Origin: a virus
Lineage: Duplodnaviria; Caudoviricetes
DNA length: 64,000 nucleotides
Virus record (IMG/VR): IMGVR_UViG_3300006930_000009
Coordinates: 3,794 to 67,793 of that record
Reading direction: 5' to 3' (one strand)
Of this stretch, positions 56,153-64,000 are shown piece after piece. The notes beneath the pieces were generated by a model. The model worked only from the letters and a program-made list of their open reading frames with translations. It was not told the DNA's origin and made no database searches. The position numbers were made by a program, and so were the translations under genes. The first letter of the stretch is position 1. The number at the start of each line of letters is the position of its first letter.

Positions 56153-57716
56153 TTGTTCCCTCCTTTGCTATCTGTTTCTCAAGATTATAAATCCGGGTCA
56201 TCATACTCTCCAGCATTTCCGTTGAGATCATCACCGTAGATCCGGAGAAATCGCCTAATGTTGCCGGTGGAAGTCCTTGTGACGGATCTGATGGTTGAGC
56301 AGGCGCCTGTCCCTGAGGGGGCATCTGCCCACCGCCCATTAACGCTGCCATTGGATCCATCATACCCTGTTGCTGCCCACCACCATGTAACGTATCCACA
56401 TACTGTTTAAACTGGTCTTTCTCATCATCAGGCACCGGATACCCGACATCTTCCATGAGTTTTGTCAATTGCCCTAACGTCATTAACTGGAGGAATGGCT
56501 GAGCCATCTGTACGGAGCGTGCCCGATCCTCCGGCATAATGGACATCCATTTCATCTCCGGGATCTCTGCATCCCCGCCGAATAAATGATAGATATATGG
56601 GGCTATGATCCGCTCATTAATGATTTCGGAGAATATTTCCCGCTCATTTGCCACATCCCTTTCAAAGAACTTTAACTGGATTTCTCCAACGGACCGGTTC
56701 GATGAAGTAGATGAAGTAAACGAGTCAGCAAAGCCCATTGCAGCAATAAACTCATCCTCAGTAAGACGGATAGCTTCAGCAACACCACCACCCATTCCGG
56801 ATGATTGCAAGACATTGATGCTCATCCCATCAGGGACGAATATATCCATTCCTGCCTTAATACCGGATTTGATCTCCTGCTGGATACGTCTTCTGTCCGC
56901 CCACTGATCCCTCGGGATGCTGAATATCAGTTTCGGGTCAATGTGGCGCTTGACCATGATAGACTGAGACCGCTCGTATCCGAGCTTATTCATAATCAGG
57001 TCATAGTTTTCCCGGAGTAAGGAGATACCGTCTGGGCAATCGTGGTCAGGATACCGGGGGATGAAGATCAGTTCATCGGGGGCGAAGAATATTACATCCT
57101 CTTTCTTCTTGTCCGGTTGTTCTCTCCGGGCCTGATCGTTTGGAACACCCTGCTGGGTGAGTATCTGAACGTAGCCGATGATCTCATCACCGGATCCGGG
57201 TTTCAGTCCTCTCAGATAAGCGGCAGTACCGGTCTTATCTTTCAATAACTCTTTCAGGTTATCGATATCTACCTGATTGTCACGGAATACTTTGATGGAG
57301 GATGGTGGGATGATCTTTACTTTCTTGATGCTGATCTGCTTCTTATCTTCATAGACTTCATACACGACTTCAATGCATACCCTGCCATAAACTAACCAGT
57401 CTTTATAGATGCGCAGGGCCTGTTGTTTCAGATGCAGTCGTTTCGATACCCGTTTGATGATCTTCAGGATCTCTTCATCGCCCTTTTCCCAGTCAAACGC
57501 CATAACGTTCTTTGCGGTCGTTCGTAATATACGCGCAATCTTCCCCTTCTTCGATACGCGGGAACACCACGCGTCCCAACCGCCTTCCGGTTCAAAGTCG
57601 GTATCTACCCCATGCTCCGTCTTTGACCGTTCCAAAATAGAGGTGAGCATTGAGGTGAGTTCTAAGTCTACACTGACAAACTCATCGTAATACCCACTCT
57701 GCCCCGCACCTTCCAT
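56091..57716 (-). CDS. Portal protein
   Basis: Directly after TerL; +YG...+E+V, K+IPP.SI.V, DELI.I.RYP...GIS.L motifs; Gln/Met/Pro-rich tail. Confidence 0.85.
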   Translation of the reverse strand: MEGAGQSGYYDEFVSVDLELTSMLTSILERSKTEHGVDTDFEPEGGWDAWCSRVSKKGKIARILRTTAKNVMAFDWEKGDEEILKIIKRVSKRLHLKQQALRIYKDWLVYGRVCIEVVYEVYEDKKQISIKKVKIIPPSSIKVFRDNQVDIDNLKELLKDKTGTAAYLRGLKPGSGDEIIGYVQILTQQGVPNDQARREQPDKKKEDVIFFAPDELIFIPRYPDHDCPDGISLLRENYDLIMNKLGYERSQSIMVKRHIDPKLIFSIPRDQWADRRRIQQEIKSGIKAGMDIFVPDGMSINVLQSSGMGGGVAEAIRLTEDEFIAAMGFADSFTSSTSSNRSVGEIQLKFFERDVANEREIFSEIINERIIAPYIYHLFGGDAEIPEMKWMSIMPEDRARSVQMAQPFLQLMTLGQLTKLMEDVGYPVPDDEKDQFKQYVDTLHGGGQQQGMMDPMAALMGGGQMPPQGQAPAQPSDPSQGLPPATLGDFSGSTVMISTEMLESMMTRIYNLEKQIAKEGTNVRKKRNRQDTEESGSEIST

Positions 57717-57754
57717 TATTTAATCTTTTCTCCTTACTGGTATATAGTTTACGC

Positions 57755-57772
57755 AACTTATATAAATAAGTT
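57755..57772 (-). promoter_or_regulatory. Portal promoter: TATA box flanked by an inverted repeat
   Basis: AACTTAT-ATAA-ATAAGTT; AAGGAG RBS before ATG 57716. Confidence 0.6.
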
Positions 57773-57863
57773 TGCAAAATAGATAGATTTAATATGTAGT
57801 AGATACAATAGAGTAATGTCGCAATGCGACCTCTCTCAAGCCATGTATCATACGTGTTCACCG

Positions 57864-57888
57864 GGTATTATTTCACACCAATAATACC
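57864..57888 (-). terminator. 9-bp stem-loop immediately after terL stop
   Basis: GGTATTATT-tcacacc-AATAATACC. Confidence 0.45.
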
Positions 57889-59613
57889 TTATGTATAGTC
57901 CCAATCGTCTACACTTGGTATCACATGGTCGTAATAATAGACGGCTAATGCCAGTGACATTACTGTATCATCATGCTTCCCTAATGGGGCAGCGTAATGA
58001 AACTTCCCATCCTTGCCTAACGTAAAGGTGAACCGCTGTAACTCATCGACGAGTTCTTCAATCTTCGGAAACGTAATTTTATAGTTATTAATCATGAAGA
58101 TGAGTTTCTGCACCAGTAATGGTTTGGTTTTTGTATTGAATTTGAATGGAAGCACATTCATCCCGGAATTCATCAGATCTTCAGCGATTGGATCCCCTAC
58201 TCCGGTAGAATCCATTACTACCTGAGGGTTATTGTATACTTTCGCTACTTCCCGGATCCGTTCCTTCTGTACTGACCAGTCGATCTGGTTAAACCGTTCC
58301 CAGTATACAACCGTATTTTCCGATACATCAAATACGGTAATGACGGTATAATCGTTATATTTTGCCAGATCCACTCCAATAAGATAAAGGTGATCCCATA
58401 TGGGATCAATATACCACCCTTCCCGGATACACCCGGGGATTCCGGTAAATACAATACCGGTTGAGTCGATGAACTGAGCTTCTATCTCCTGTAAATACGC
58501 CATCGGTGGGAGGGTGCGTTTCAACTCTTCCAGTTCTTTTCTATCGAGGATCGGGTTATCCCATGAAGAGCAGTTGAAGGATGACCACTCAACATCATAC
58601 GTCTCTGACTCGGGGATACCACGCATGAACAGATCATAGTAATAGTTTAACCCGGCCGGGGTACCGATGATTAATGCACCGCCTTTCTTATCTGATAGGG
58701 CAGGCCGTAAAATATATGACCAGACGTCCGGTTTGATAAATGCGGCTTCATCCATAACGATGAAATCGAGACCTTCTCCTCTCAAACCTTCTGGACGTTC
58801 AGCGGACTTTGCCCATATCTCAGCGCCATTCACCAGATAGATGACTGATTCTGACCGGTTGATCTCTTCGATTAACTCCTCCGGTAGGAATTTTATCACT
58901 TTCCTCCAGAGGAGCATGGTGGCAGTGAACGTAGGGGCGATAACCCAGTTTACGGAGTCTGGCTTCTGTAATGCCTTCTGAATGACGCGATATGCGGCGA
59001 AGATTGAATTATGGGTAGGTATTAATGATCTCCCGGCTAAAAATAAATGTGATTCATTATCTACCGTTATACATTTTACAGGAACGGATTCTACAGGAAC
59101 GATATCAACAATATATTTTGCCTTATGAATATAATTTGTCTCTTTATGAATGGGTAAAATATACGCGGGGAGTTTTATTGTATAACCTAATTGTAATTTA
59201 TTATATAACTGACCAGTAGTGTATTTCTTCCCACATTCCTCTCCTTCACAATCTACAACCCAGTCATGTTCTTTATCGGCAACTATCGAATCACCATTAT
59301 CAAAATGCAGTCTATAACATGATCGGTCAGAATATACCCCATGTAATTCGATAATCTCTACGGGGGAACCCGTCTCGTCAAATATCCAATCTCCCTCTTT
59401 TAACTCTCCAACCGTGGTCCACGTAAAATCACTTAATAGTATCGGGGTTGTTAAACACAGGGCTTTTCCAAAGCGCCTCCCTGATGCGATAACCTGAAAC
59501 CTTTTTCGATCATTCCACATCTCCCGTTGCTTTTTATGCAACACCGGAGTGAACGATACCCGTTCCGGGAGCTTTCGCTTATTTACTTTCTTCCCTACGT
59601 TCCGATCAGCCAT
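57889..59613 (-). CDS. terL: Terminase large subunit containing an intein
   Basis: Walker A GRRFGK/S, Walker B FIVMDEAA, nuclease GVDLAK.ND.T and HDD.V..LALA. Confidence 0.95.
   Translation of the reverse strand: MADRNVGKKVNKRKLPERVSFTPVLHKKQREMWNDRKRFQVIASGRRFGKALCLTTPILLSDFTWTTVGELKEGDWIFDETGSPVEIIELHGVYSDRSCYRLHFDNGDSIVADKEHDWVVDCEGEECGKKYTTGQLYNKLQLGYTIKLPAYILPIHKETNYIHKAKYIVDIVPVESVPVKCITVDNESHLFLAGRSLIPTHNSIFAAYRVIQKALQKPDSVNWVIAPTFTATMLLWRKVIKFLPEELIEEINRSESVIYLVNGAEIWAKSAERPEGLRGEGLDFIVMDEAAFIKPDVWSYILRPALSDKKGGALIIGTPAGLNYYYDLFMRGIPESETYDVEWSSFNCSSWDNPILDRKELEELKRTLPPMAYLQEIEAQFIDSTGIVFTGIPGCIREGWYIDPIWDHLYLIGVDLAKYNDYTVITVFDVSENTVVYWERFNQIDWSVQKERIREVAKVYNNPQVVMDSTGVGDPIAEDLMNSGMNVLPFKFNTKTKPLLVQKLIFMINNYKITFPKIEELVDELQRFTFTLGKDGKFHYAAPLGKHDDTVMSLALAVYYYDHVIPSVDDWDYT
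59008..59463 (-). other. Class 3 mini-intein (152 aa) in TerL Walker A
   Basis: Starts Ala (ALCLTTPI), block B HDW, block F VKCITV, block G THN, +1 Ser; no endonuclease domain. Confidence 0.85.
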
Positions 59614-59642
59614 GATTAAAACAGGTATTTAAAAAGAGGTAT

Positions 59643-59978
59643 TTAATGAGAGGTCAGGAAAATGGAAATATAGTCAGGAGATTCGATATATTCGTTATAT
59701 TGCACCGTATGGCATGATGCACATACCGTGATGGTTTTGATCCGTTTCCTCTCCTTCCGGGTGGCATATCGAGAATGGATCTTCCGGTGACAGGTCTGAC
59801 ATAAGGTGATCAGGTTCATGGCATCATTATTCGCCCGGTCGCCATCAATATGATGCACCGTGAGATTATCCCGCGAGCCACATGTCCGACATTGTCTGTC
59901 ATCACGATCTTTTACACCGGTTTTTAACTTCCGGGTAAATCCGGGTTTCGAAACCTTTTTCGACACGTAATGACACAT
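59643..59978 (-). CDS. HNH endonuclease (terminase-associated, HK97 gp74-like)
   Basis: RD...CR.CG....L.VHHIDG...NN...NL.TLC..CH..IH; directly upstream of terL. Confidence 0.85.
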   Translation of the reverse strand: MCHYVSKKVSKPGFTRKLKTGVKDRDDRQCRTCGSRDNLTVHHIDGDRANNDAMNLITLCQTCHRKIHSRYATRKERKRIKTITVCASCHTVQYNEYIESPDYISIFLTSH

Positions 59979-60005
59979 GTCATTGCCGGTCTATAAAAAT
60001 AGAGG

Positions 60006-60278
60006 TCAGGGTTGCCAGACGATGCCTTCCGGACCGGGAATTGCATACTGTTTACGAGCCTGAGATGCCCGGATTGCAGCATTATATACCAGAGCCACTT
60101 TGGCATTTCCCGGCACCGGGGAGTTGTTTGCTGCATCAATCTCATCGAGCAGTGTCCACAATGCAGTAGCGATCTCTTTATATCGCTTTGCATCGATCTC
60201 ATCAGTAAGCAGTACCGATTCGCTGGTAGCGGTATCGATCATCACTTCAATATCTTCGGTTCGTTTTCTAGCTGCCAT
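60006..60278 (-). CDS. Hypothetical protein
   Basis: Start MAARK at 60278. Confidence 0.55.
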   Translation of the reverse strand: MAARKRTEDIEVMIDTATSESVLLTDEIDAKRYKEIATALWTLLDEIDAANNSPVPGNAKVALVYNAAIRASQARKQYAIPGPEGIVWQP

Positions 60279-60615
60279 TATTACACTCCGTGCAGAATTT
60301 CCGCTCAGTAAACACATATTTGTTGGTACATTGGAACATTTTCAGGGCATTCTGCTCCCCAAGCTGCACCACAAATATCTGCCCGACATCCCAATGAGTG
60401 AGCACCGGGCCGGTTTTGGTAATCAGGTAAATCCCATTCTCCGACGTGTTATACTGGTCTTTGATCATAATGATCATACCAACACGTATCTGTACCCCGT
60501 CAAGATAATCGCCGGGTTGGATTGCATGCACATGAGGGATGAGCCCTGTAGATGCAATATTTACCCCGGCTTTAAAAGGAGTGAACCTGAAATATTCCTC
60601 TCGGGAAATCTTCAT
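60268..60615 (-). CDS. Paralogue of the 39318..39749 fibre-type domain protein
   Basis: DGVQIRVGMIIMIKDQ...ENGIYLI...KMFQCT. Confidence 0.65.
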   Translation of the reverse strand: MKISREEYFRFTPFKAGVNIASTGLIPHVHAIQPGDYLDGVQIRVGMIIMIKDQYNTSENGIYLITKTGPVLTHWDVGQIFVVQLGEQNALKMFQCTNKYVFTERKFCTECNNGS

Positions 60616-60619
60616 ACTA

Positions 60620-61108
60620 TTAAAAAGAAATGTATTTATTTAAAGCGTTATCAAGATACCATGCATGTTCCATGGATGGGTTATCTACTAATACCCGGTC
60701 AGTATCAATCTTTATCTGATTGGCGACTGATATACACCATTCCGGATCTGATGATTCGATCACGAACCATACATTATCATATAACCGGTATACATTCCCA
60801 TACTGGTTGATAATATTACTGACATTCGGCATATCTTCTGTGATAAATACCGTAATACTGTCAAACAGTTCCGGATCCTCAACCATATAGGTACCGGGCA
60901 CTTCTGCATGAAAACCGAATTCATACGGGATCTCCCGGCGAATATCATCAATGTTTTGCGACTGGATACATTCCCGGGTAAATAATACCGGGGCGGTTAC
61001 ATCACAGAATTTGAGCAACATCGGAGCGGTCACATGAAAACGACGCTTTCCGATATGAATACCCCGGTTCCCAATAATCACCGGGGACAGTTTCTGTTCC
61101 TTCACCAT
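60620..61108 (-). CDS. Hypothetical protein
   Basis: 162-aa ORF, TAATG coupled. Confidence 0.6.
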   Translation of the reverse strand: MVKEQKLSPVIIGNRGIHIGKRRFHVTAPMLLKFCDVTAPVLFTRECIQSQNIDDIRREIPYEFGFHAEVPGTYMVEDPELFDSITVFITEDMPNVSNIINQYGNVYRLYDNVWFVIESSDPEWCISVANQIKIDTDRVLVDNPSMEHAWYLDNALNKYISF

Positions 61109-61629
61109 TATTCGTCATCCTCATCATAACTTAAACTTTTGTCTGTAAATGCCCCGGATTCGGACTCTTCCAGATCGATAATATCCATCTGTTCTTCCAA
61201 ATTCACCAGTTCAATCTCAATCTTGGTAGGAGTGTCAGACGATATTTCCAACTTGTTTCCGTATAGTGCTTTATGTGCATTGATGATTAATTTAGAGTAT
61301 TCCCGATGATCTTCAATGTTTGTGGTTTTATCTGTCAATTCTCCCACTTTATAGAGGGAAGTCATCATCTCCTGCAATAGTCCGGACTGACCTGATAAAA
61401 ACAATCGTTCAAACCGCTGCTGGACGGTTTTCGGTTGATTTTTCAATGCACAAAGTTTCTTTGGCCCGTCTGACTCAAACGATGTCGCCATCGCAGGACA
61501 TACTTCAAACGCTGGACATCGCTCTGAGCAAAAGCGCATTGTTCGTATTTTTTGAAGGCATTGAGCGCGTTCAAGCTTCGCTGGATCCTGATTCAGGGTC
61601 GATAGCGAAGTGATAGGGAAATCAGCCAT
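61108..61629 (-). CDS. Possible terminase small subunit (Cys-rich N-terminus)
   Basis: CSERCP...CP...C; helical core; TKIEIELV strand and acidic tail as in many TerS; a few genes upstream of terL. Confidence 0.4.
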   Translation of the reverse strand: MADFPITSLSTLNQDPAKLERAQCLQKIRTMRFCSERCPAFEVCPAMATSFESDGPKKLCALKNQPKTVQQRFERLFLSGQSGLLQEMMTSLYKVGELTDKTTNIEDHREYSKLIINAHKALYGNKLEISSDTPTKIEIELVNLEEQMDIIDLEESESGAFTDKSLSYDEDDE

Positions 61630-61668
61630 ATTACTAGGTAATTACAACCGTAGGTATAAAAAGAGTGG

Positions 61669-61893
61669 TTATACGGGTACGAGGTGGTTTGCACCACCGT
61701 ACACGATTAACGCATGCGGGTCTACCGTTAATGTAGAAAACGGGCTGGTGATAAGACCGTGATCATTATCCAGTCTCACCAGTGCTTGCTTTTCTTTCCC
61801 AAATACGCGAATGACCGATCCATGTAAGGTCATTCCGCTCCGGGTGGTAACGGTGACCATGGATCCTTCCATGACATCGTTGTCTGTTGACAT
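61669..61893 (-). CDS. Small SH3/KOW-like protein
   Basis: EGSMVTV....G....GSV+RV.....ALVRLD. Confidence 0.5.
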   Translation of the reverse strand: MSTDNDVMEGSMVTVTTRSGMTLHGSVIRVFGKEKQALVRLDNDHGLITSPFSTLTVDPHALIVYGGANHLVPV

Positions 61894-61983
61894 AGTACTT
61901 AGTATTGCAGTACGAGGTAATGAATTTATTTGTAATTAAAATATGCATACACTATATATACGTCTAATTGATATAATCTAATT

Positions 61984-62187
61984 ATGATCGAATCCACATC
62001 ATATGACGATCAACTTCCCACTGATCAGAAGGCTGCAGATTTGCAGAAAAAGATTGAATCAGGGGAGTTACCCGCGGGGAACCGCTGGACGACACCGGTT
62101 AAAAGTTTCATTAACAAGTGTACGTTTGGAAAGCTCTGTAAACCAGCAACTGCGGAGAAAACCGGTTGCCCGGGTATCTCCAAGTAA
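61984..62187 (+). CDS. Small hypothetical protein
   Basis: 67 aa below TATATATA at ~61953-61960. Confidence 0.55.
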   Translation: MIESTSYDDQLPTDQKAADLQKKIESGELPAGNRWTTPVKSFINKCTFGKLCKPATAEKTGCPGISK

Positions 62188-62205
62188 ACCATTTTTGAGG
62201 ACACT

Positions 62206-63018
62206 ATGAATAAATTCATTGTAATCATTTGCACCTTTCTCCTGATTGCACCGGTAATCGCTACCGAATCGCAATCAAATATCAAGATTGGAGGATCAGC
62301 AGGCGCATTCATCACCAACTCTGACCGGTCATCCACCGTATCATCCGGATCCGTAGGATTTATGACCGGTGGTGAAAACTGGAATGAACAGACTGCCGGA
62401 ACCCGTATTGTCACGCTCGGGCTTACTAAGTATCAGGAGAAAACGGTAACAAATAACAAGATTGAAAACTCTCTGATATCAAATACCGAGATTGAGTATG
62501 ATAACGGCGCTGCCATTGATCAGACATTCACGATGACGGACAATAAGGCCAACATCCCGGATATCATGTGTGATGCCGGTCAGAACCAGCCGACGACATC
62601 AATGGGGGCGAACGGTAGTACAATCATCGAAGGTCAGACACCCGCATACCAGTCTACTGAGGCACATTACTCATCTATCGGTGCACAAGCAGGACGGTAT
62701 AAGACAGGGGCAGTCATTGATGATGCGAACATGTCTACGGCCATGAGAGCACAGAGCAATGGTGGCGGTACTACGGCAACAGTTACGACAAAGGTCATGA
62801 CCGGATTTAACAAGTCATCCGACGTGATGAACTTTGAGAAGGATGAGCGGTCACACACGGCATGGTTTGACTACGGGGAGTCCGGATTCGATGCGTCAAT
62901 CGATACTGATTGGACGGATCACTCCAAATCATTTATGACCAAGTCCAACTCATCAGTCGTTGCCAACCGGACGGTAAATGAGACCGTGATAAACGAGACG
63001 GTAAATCTTACCGTCTAA
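62206..63018 (+). CDS. Secreted / surface protein with signal peptide
   Basis: MNKFIVIICTFLLIAPVIA signal; Thr/Ser/Asn-rich with several N-x-S/T sequons; GAGGA RBS. Confidence 0.75.
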   Translation: MNKFIVIICTFLLIAPVIATESQSNIKIGGSAGAFITNSDRSSTVSSGSVGFMTGGENWNEQTAGTRIVTLGLTKYQEKTVTNNKIENSLISNTEIEYDNGAAIDQTFTMTDNKANIPDIMCDAGQNQPTTSMGANGSTIIEGQTPAYQSTEAHYSSIGAQAGRYKTGAVIDDANMSTAMRAQSNGGGTTATVTTKVMTGFNKSSDVMNFEKDERSHTAWFDYGESGFDASIDTDWTDHSKSFMTKSNSSVVANRTVNETVINETVNLTV

Positions 63019-63065
63019 CTTTTTTGATAACTGTTTATATAGTTTTCCCGGTAAAATATATCGAT

Positions 63066-63434
63066 ATGACTGGTATACTGAAAACTGATGGTATTTGGGT
63101 AGATGCTGCAAATATCAAATCTCCTCAGTTCAGAATCGGGACTACCGCCAAAAAGGTACATGAGATCTATTGCAGTTTTTATGGACCTGAAGTGGGAACA
63201 TACGCGGTTTCTGTAGAGATTGATGGCACTCCGATCACCAACCTTACGGTCAATGTCGGGGATAAGCGGATCGGGAAAGATAAGTTCTCATTCTTCGTAT
63301 ATCCGGAGGAGAAGAAATCAGTCGGTGTACATAAAGTTGTATATAAAACCGGATACCGGACTGAACTTCCTGACGGGAAGGTTGAAACAAAATACCTCTG
63401 GACTTCTCCAGAGTTTGAGATCATTATCGAATAA
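63066..63434 (+). CDS. Hypothetical beta-sandwich (Ig-like?) protein
   Basis: ATG 63066 lies 25 nt below TTTATATA (63034-63041); track start 63024 is TTG. Confidence 0.6.
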   Translation: MTGILKTDGIWVDAANIKSPQFRIGTTAKKVHEIYCSFYGPEVGTYAVSVEIDGTPITNLTVNVGDKRIGKDKFSFFVYPEEKKSVGVHKVVYKTGYRTELPDGKVETKYLWTSPEFEIIIE

Positions 63435-63675
63435 TCTTCTTTTTTTCGAACTTCATCCCGTCGTACTGATATCCTGCATCCACCACTTCCTGAATGACCA
63501 TCTCAAGGCACTCATTCGGTAATGATGTGATACCGGCATGACACCGGATATGATATAACACCTGAACGCAGGTGATTGAAGAGGGATTGGTTGCAATGGA
63601 TTCCCGGGCAAGTTCCCGGAGATCCTGCTCCCAAGAAGAGGAAAGGTTAGTCTTTTGAGGGAATGATCCCATCAT
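63424..63675 (-). CDS. Hypothetical protein
   Basis: Probable start MMGSF overlapping the radA end. Confidence 0.4.
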   Translation of the reverse strand: MMGSFPQKTNLSSSWEQDLRELARESIATNPSSITCVQVLYHIRCHAGITSLPNECLEMVIQEVVDAGYQYDGMKFEKKKIIR

Positions 63676-64000
63676 CAGACACCATACATGCGGCTTCACC
63701 ATCAGCAAGATGGGGAGCATCGACGAGTTTAATCACTCGCTTTGTACCTTTGGATTTCCGGATGTAACACCGGACGGTGGATGCATGACCGACGATATTA
63801 CCCCCGACGGGTTTTGTCGGATCTCCGAAGAACTGAGCAGGGTTTGACTGTACCTGATTCGTCACATATACGACGGCATTGTATTCGTCAGCAAACTTCC
63901 TGAGGGCGGACATATACTTATTCAGTGTCTGTTGCCGCTCAGCAAGCATCTCCCTACCAACGAACTCTGCCCGGAATGCCGATATCAGTGAATCGATGAT
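63647..64000 (-). CDS. radA: RadA recombinase, C-terminal part (5'-partial)
   Basis: IDSLI..FRAEF.GR..LAERQQ.LN, VTNQV.SNP..FFGDP.KP.GGNIVGH, RKSKG.KR+..LVD.PHL..GEA. Confidence 0.92.
   Translation of the reverse strand: MIDSLISAFRAEFVGREMLAERQQTLNKYMSALRKFADEYNAVVYVTNQVQSNPAQFFGDPTKPVGGNIVGHASTVRCYIRKSKGTKRVIKLVDAPHLADGEAACMVSDDGIIPSKD

Larger units (their letters stand above)
1..64000. mobile_element. Archaeal tailed virus / provirus genome segment (myovirus-type morphogenesis module)
   Basis: TerL, portal, prohead protease, HK97-type MCP, sheath, tube, TMP and baseplate genes in canonical order; archaeal TATA boxes and RadA; no host housekeeping cluster and no boundary in the window. Confidence 0.95.

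Noticed and set aside
60100-60810. 236-aa + strand ORF
   Set aside because: Overlaps three minus-strand genes, one of which has a clear paralogue; likely a shadow
1-64000. tRNA/rRNA genes, integrase/att sites, alternative genetic code
   Set aside because: No cloverleaf or T-loop motifs noticed in the intergenic gaps, no recombinase catalytic motifs, and long ORFs read cleanly in the standard code; tRNAscan would be decisive

Overview
The whole 64-kb window is part of the genome of a tailed, contractile-tail (myovirus-like) archaeal virus or provirus. The host is inferred to be a Methanomicrobiales methanogen, from the archaeal RadA, archaeal TATA-box/leaderless gene starts and a PAS-protein coiled coil of a type typical of that order. 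Most genes lie on the minus strand. Read right to left they are: RadA (partial), small ORFs, HNH, TerL with a class-3 mini-intein, portal, basic head-associated ORFs, protease-scaffold, decoration protein, major capsid protein, a ~16.6-kb accessory block, head-tail joining genes, sheath, tube, frameshifted tail chaperone, tape measure, baseplate, and very large fibre/adhesin genes. The last fibre ORF (>=1702 aa) runs off the left edge and is absent from the supplied track. No integrase, att site, tRNA or CRISPR array was seen. The strongest leads are: (1) three unrelated ~380-440-aa proteins sharing a ~35-aa N-terminal tag, one ending in a HExxH metallopeptidase, a candidate virion-loaded polymorphic effector system; (2) a three-PAS sensor with no output domain, coupled to a coiled-coil/membrane protein and sharing a 19-bp promoter with a fibre gene; (3) an AT-rich IbrA/IbrB-HTH-HNH islet; (4) a nested scaffold gene with its own internal promoter. 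All family assignments come from motif recognition by eye, not database searches.
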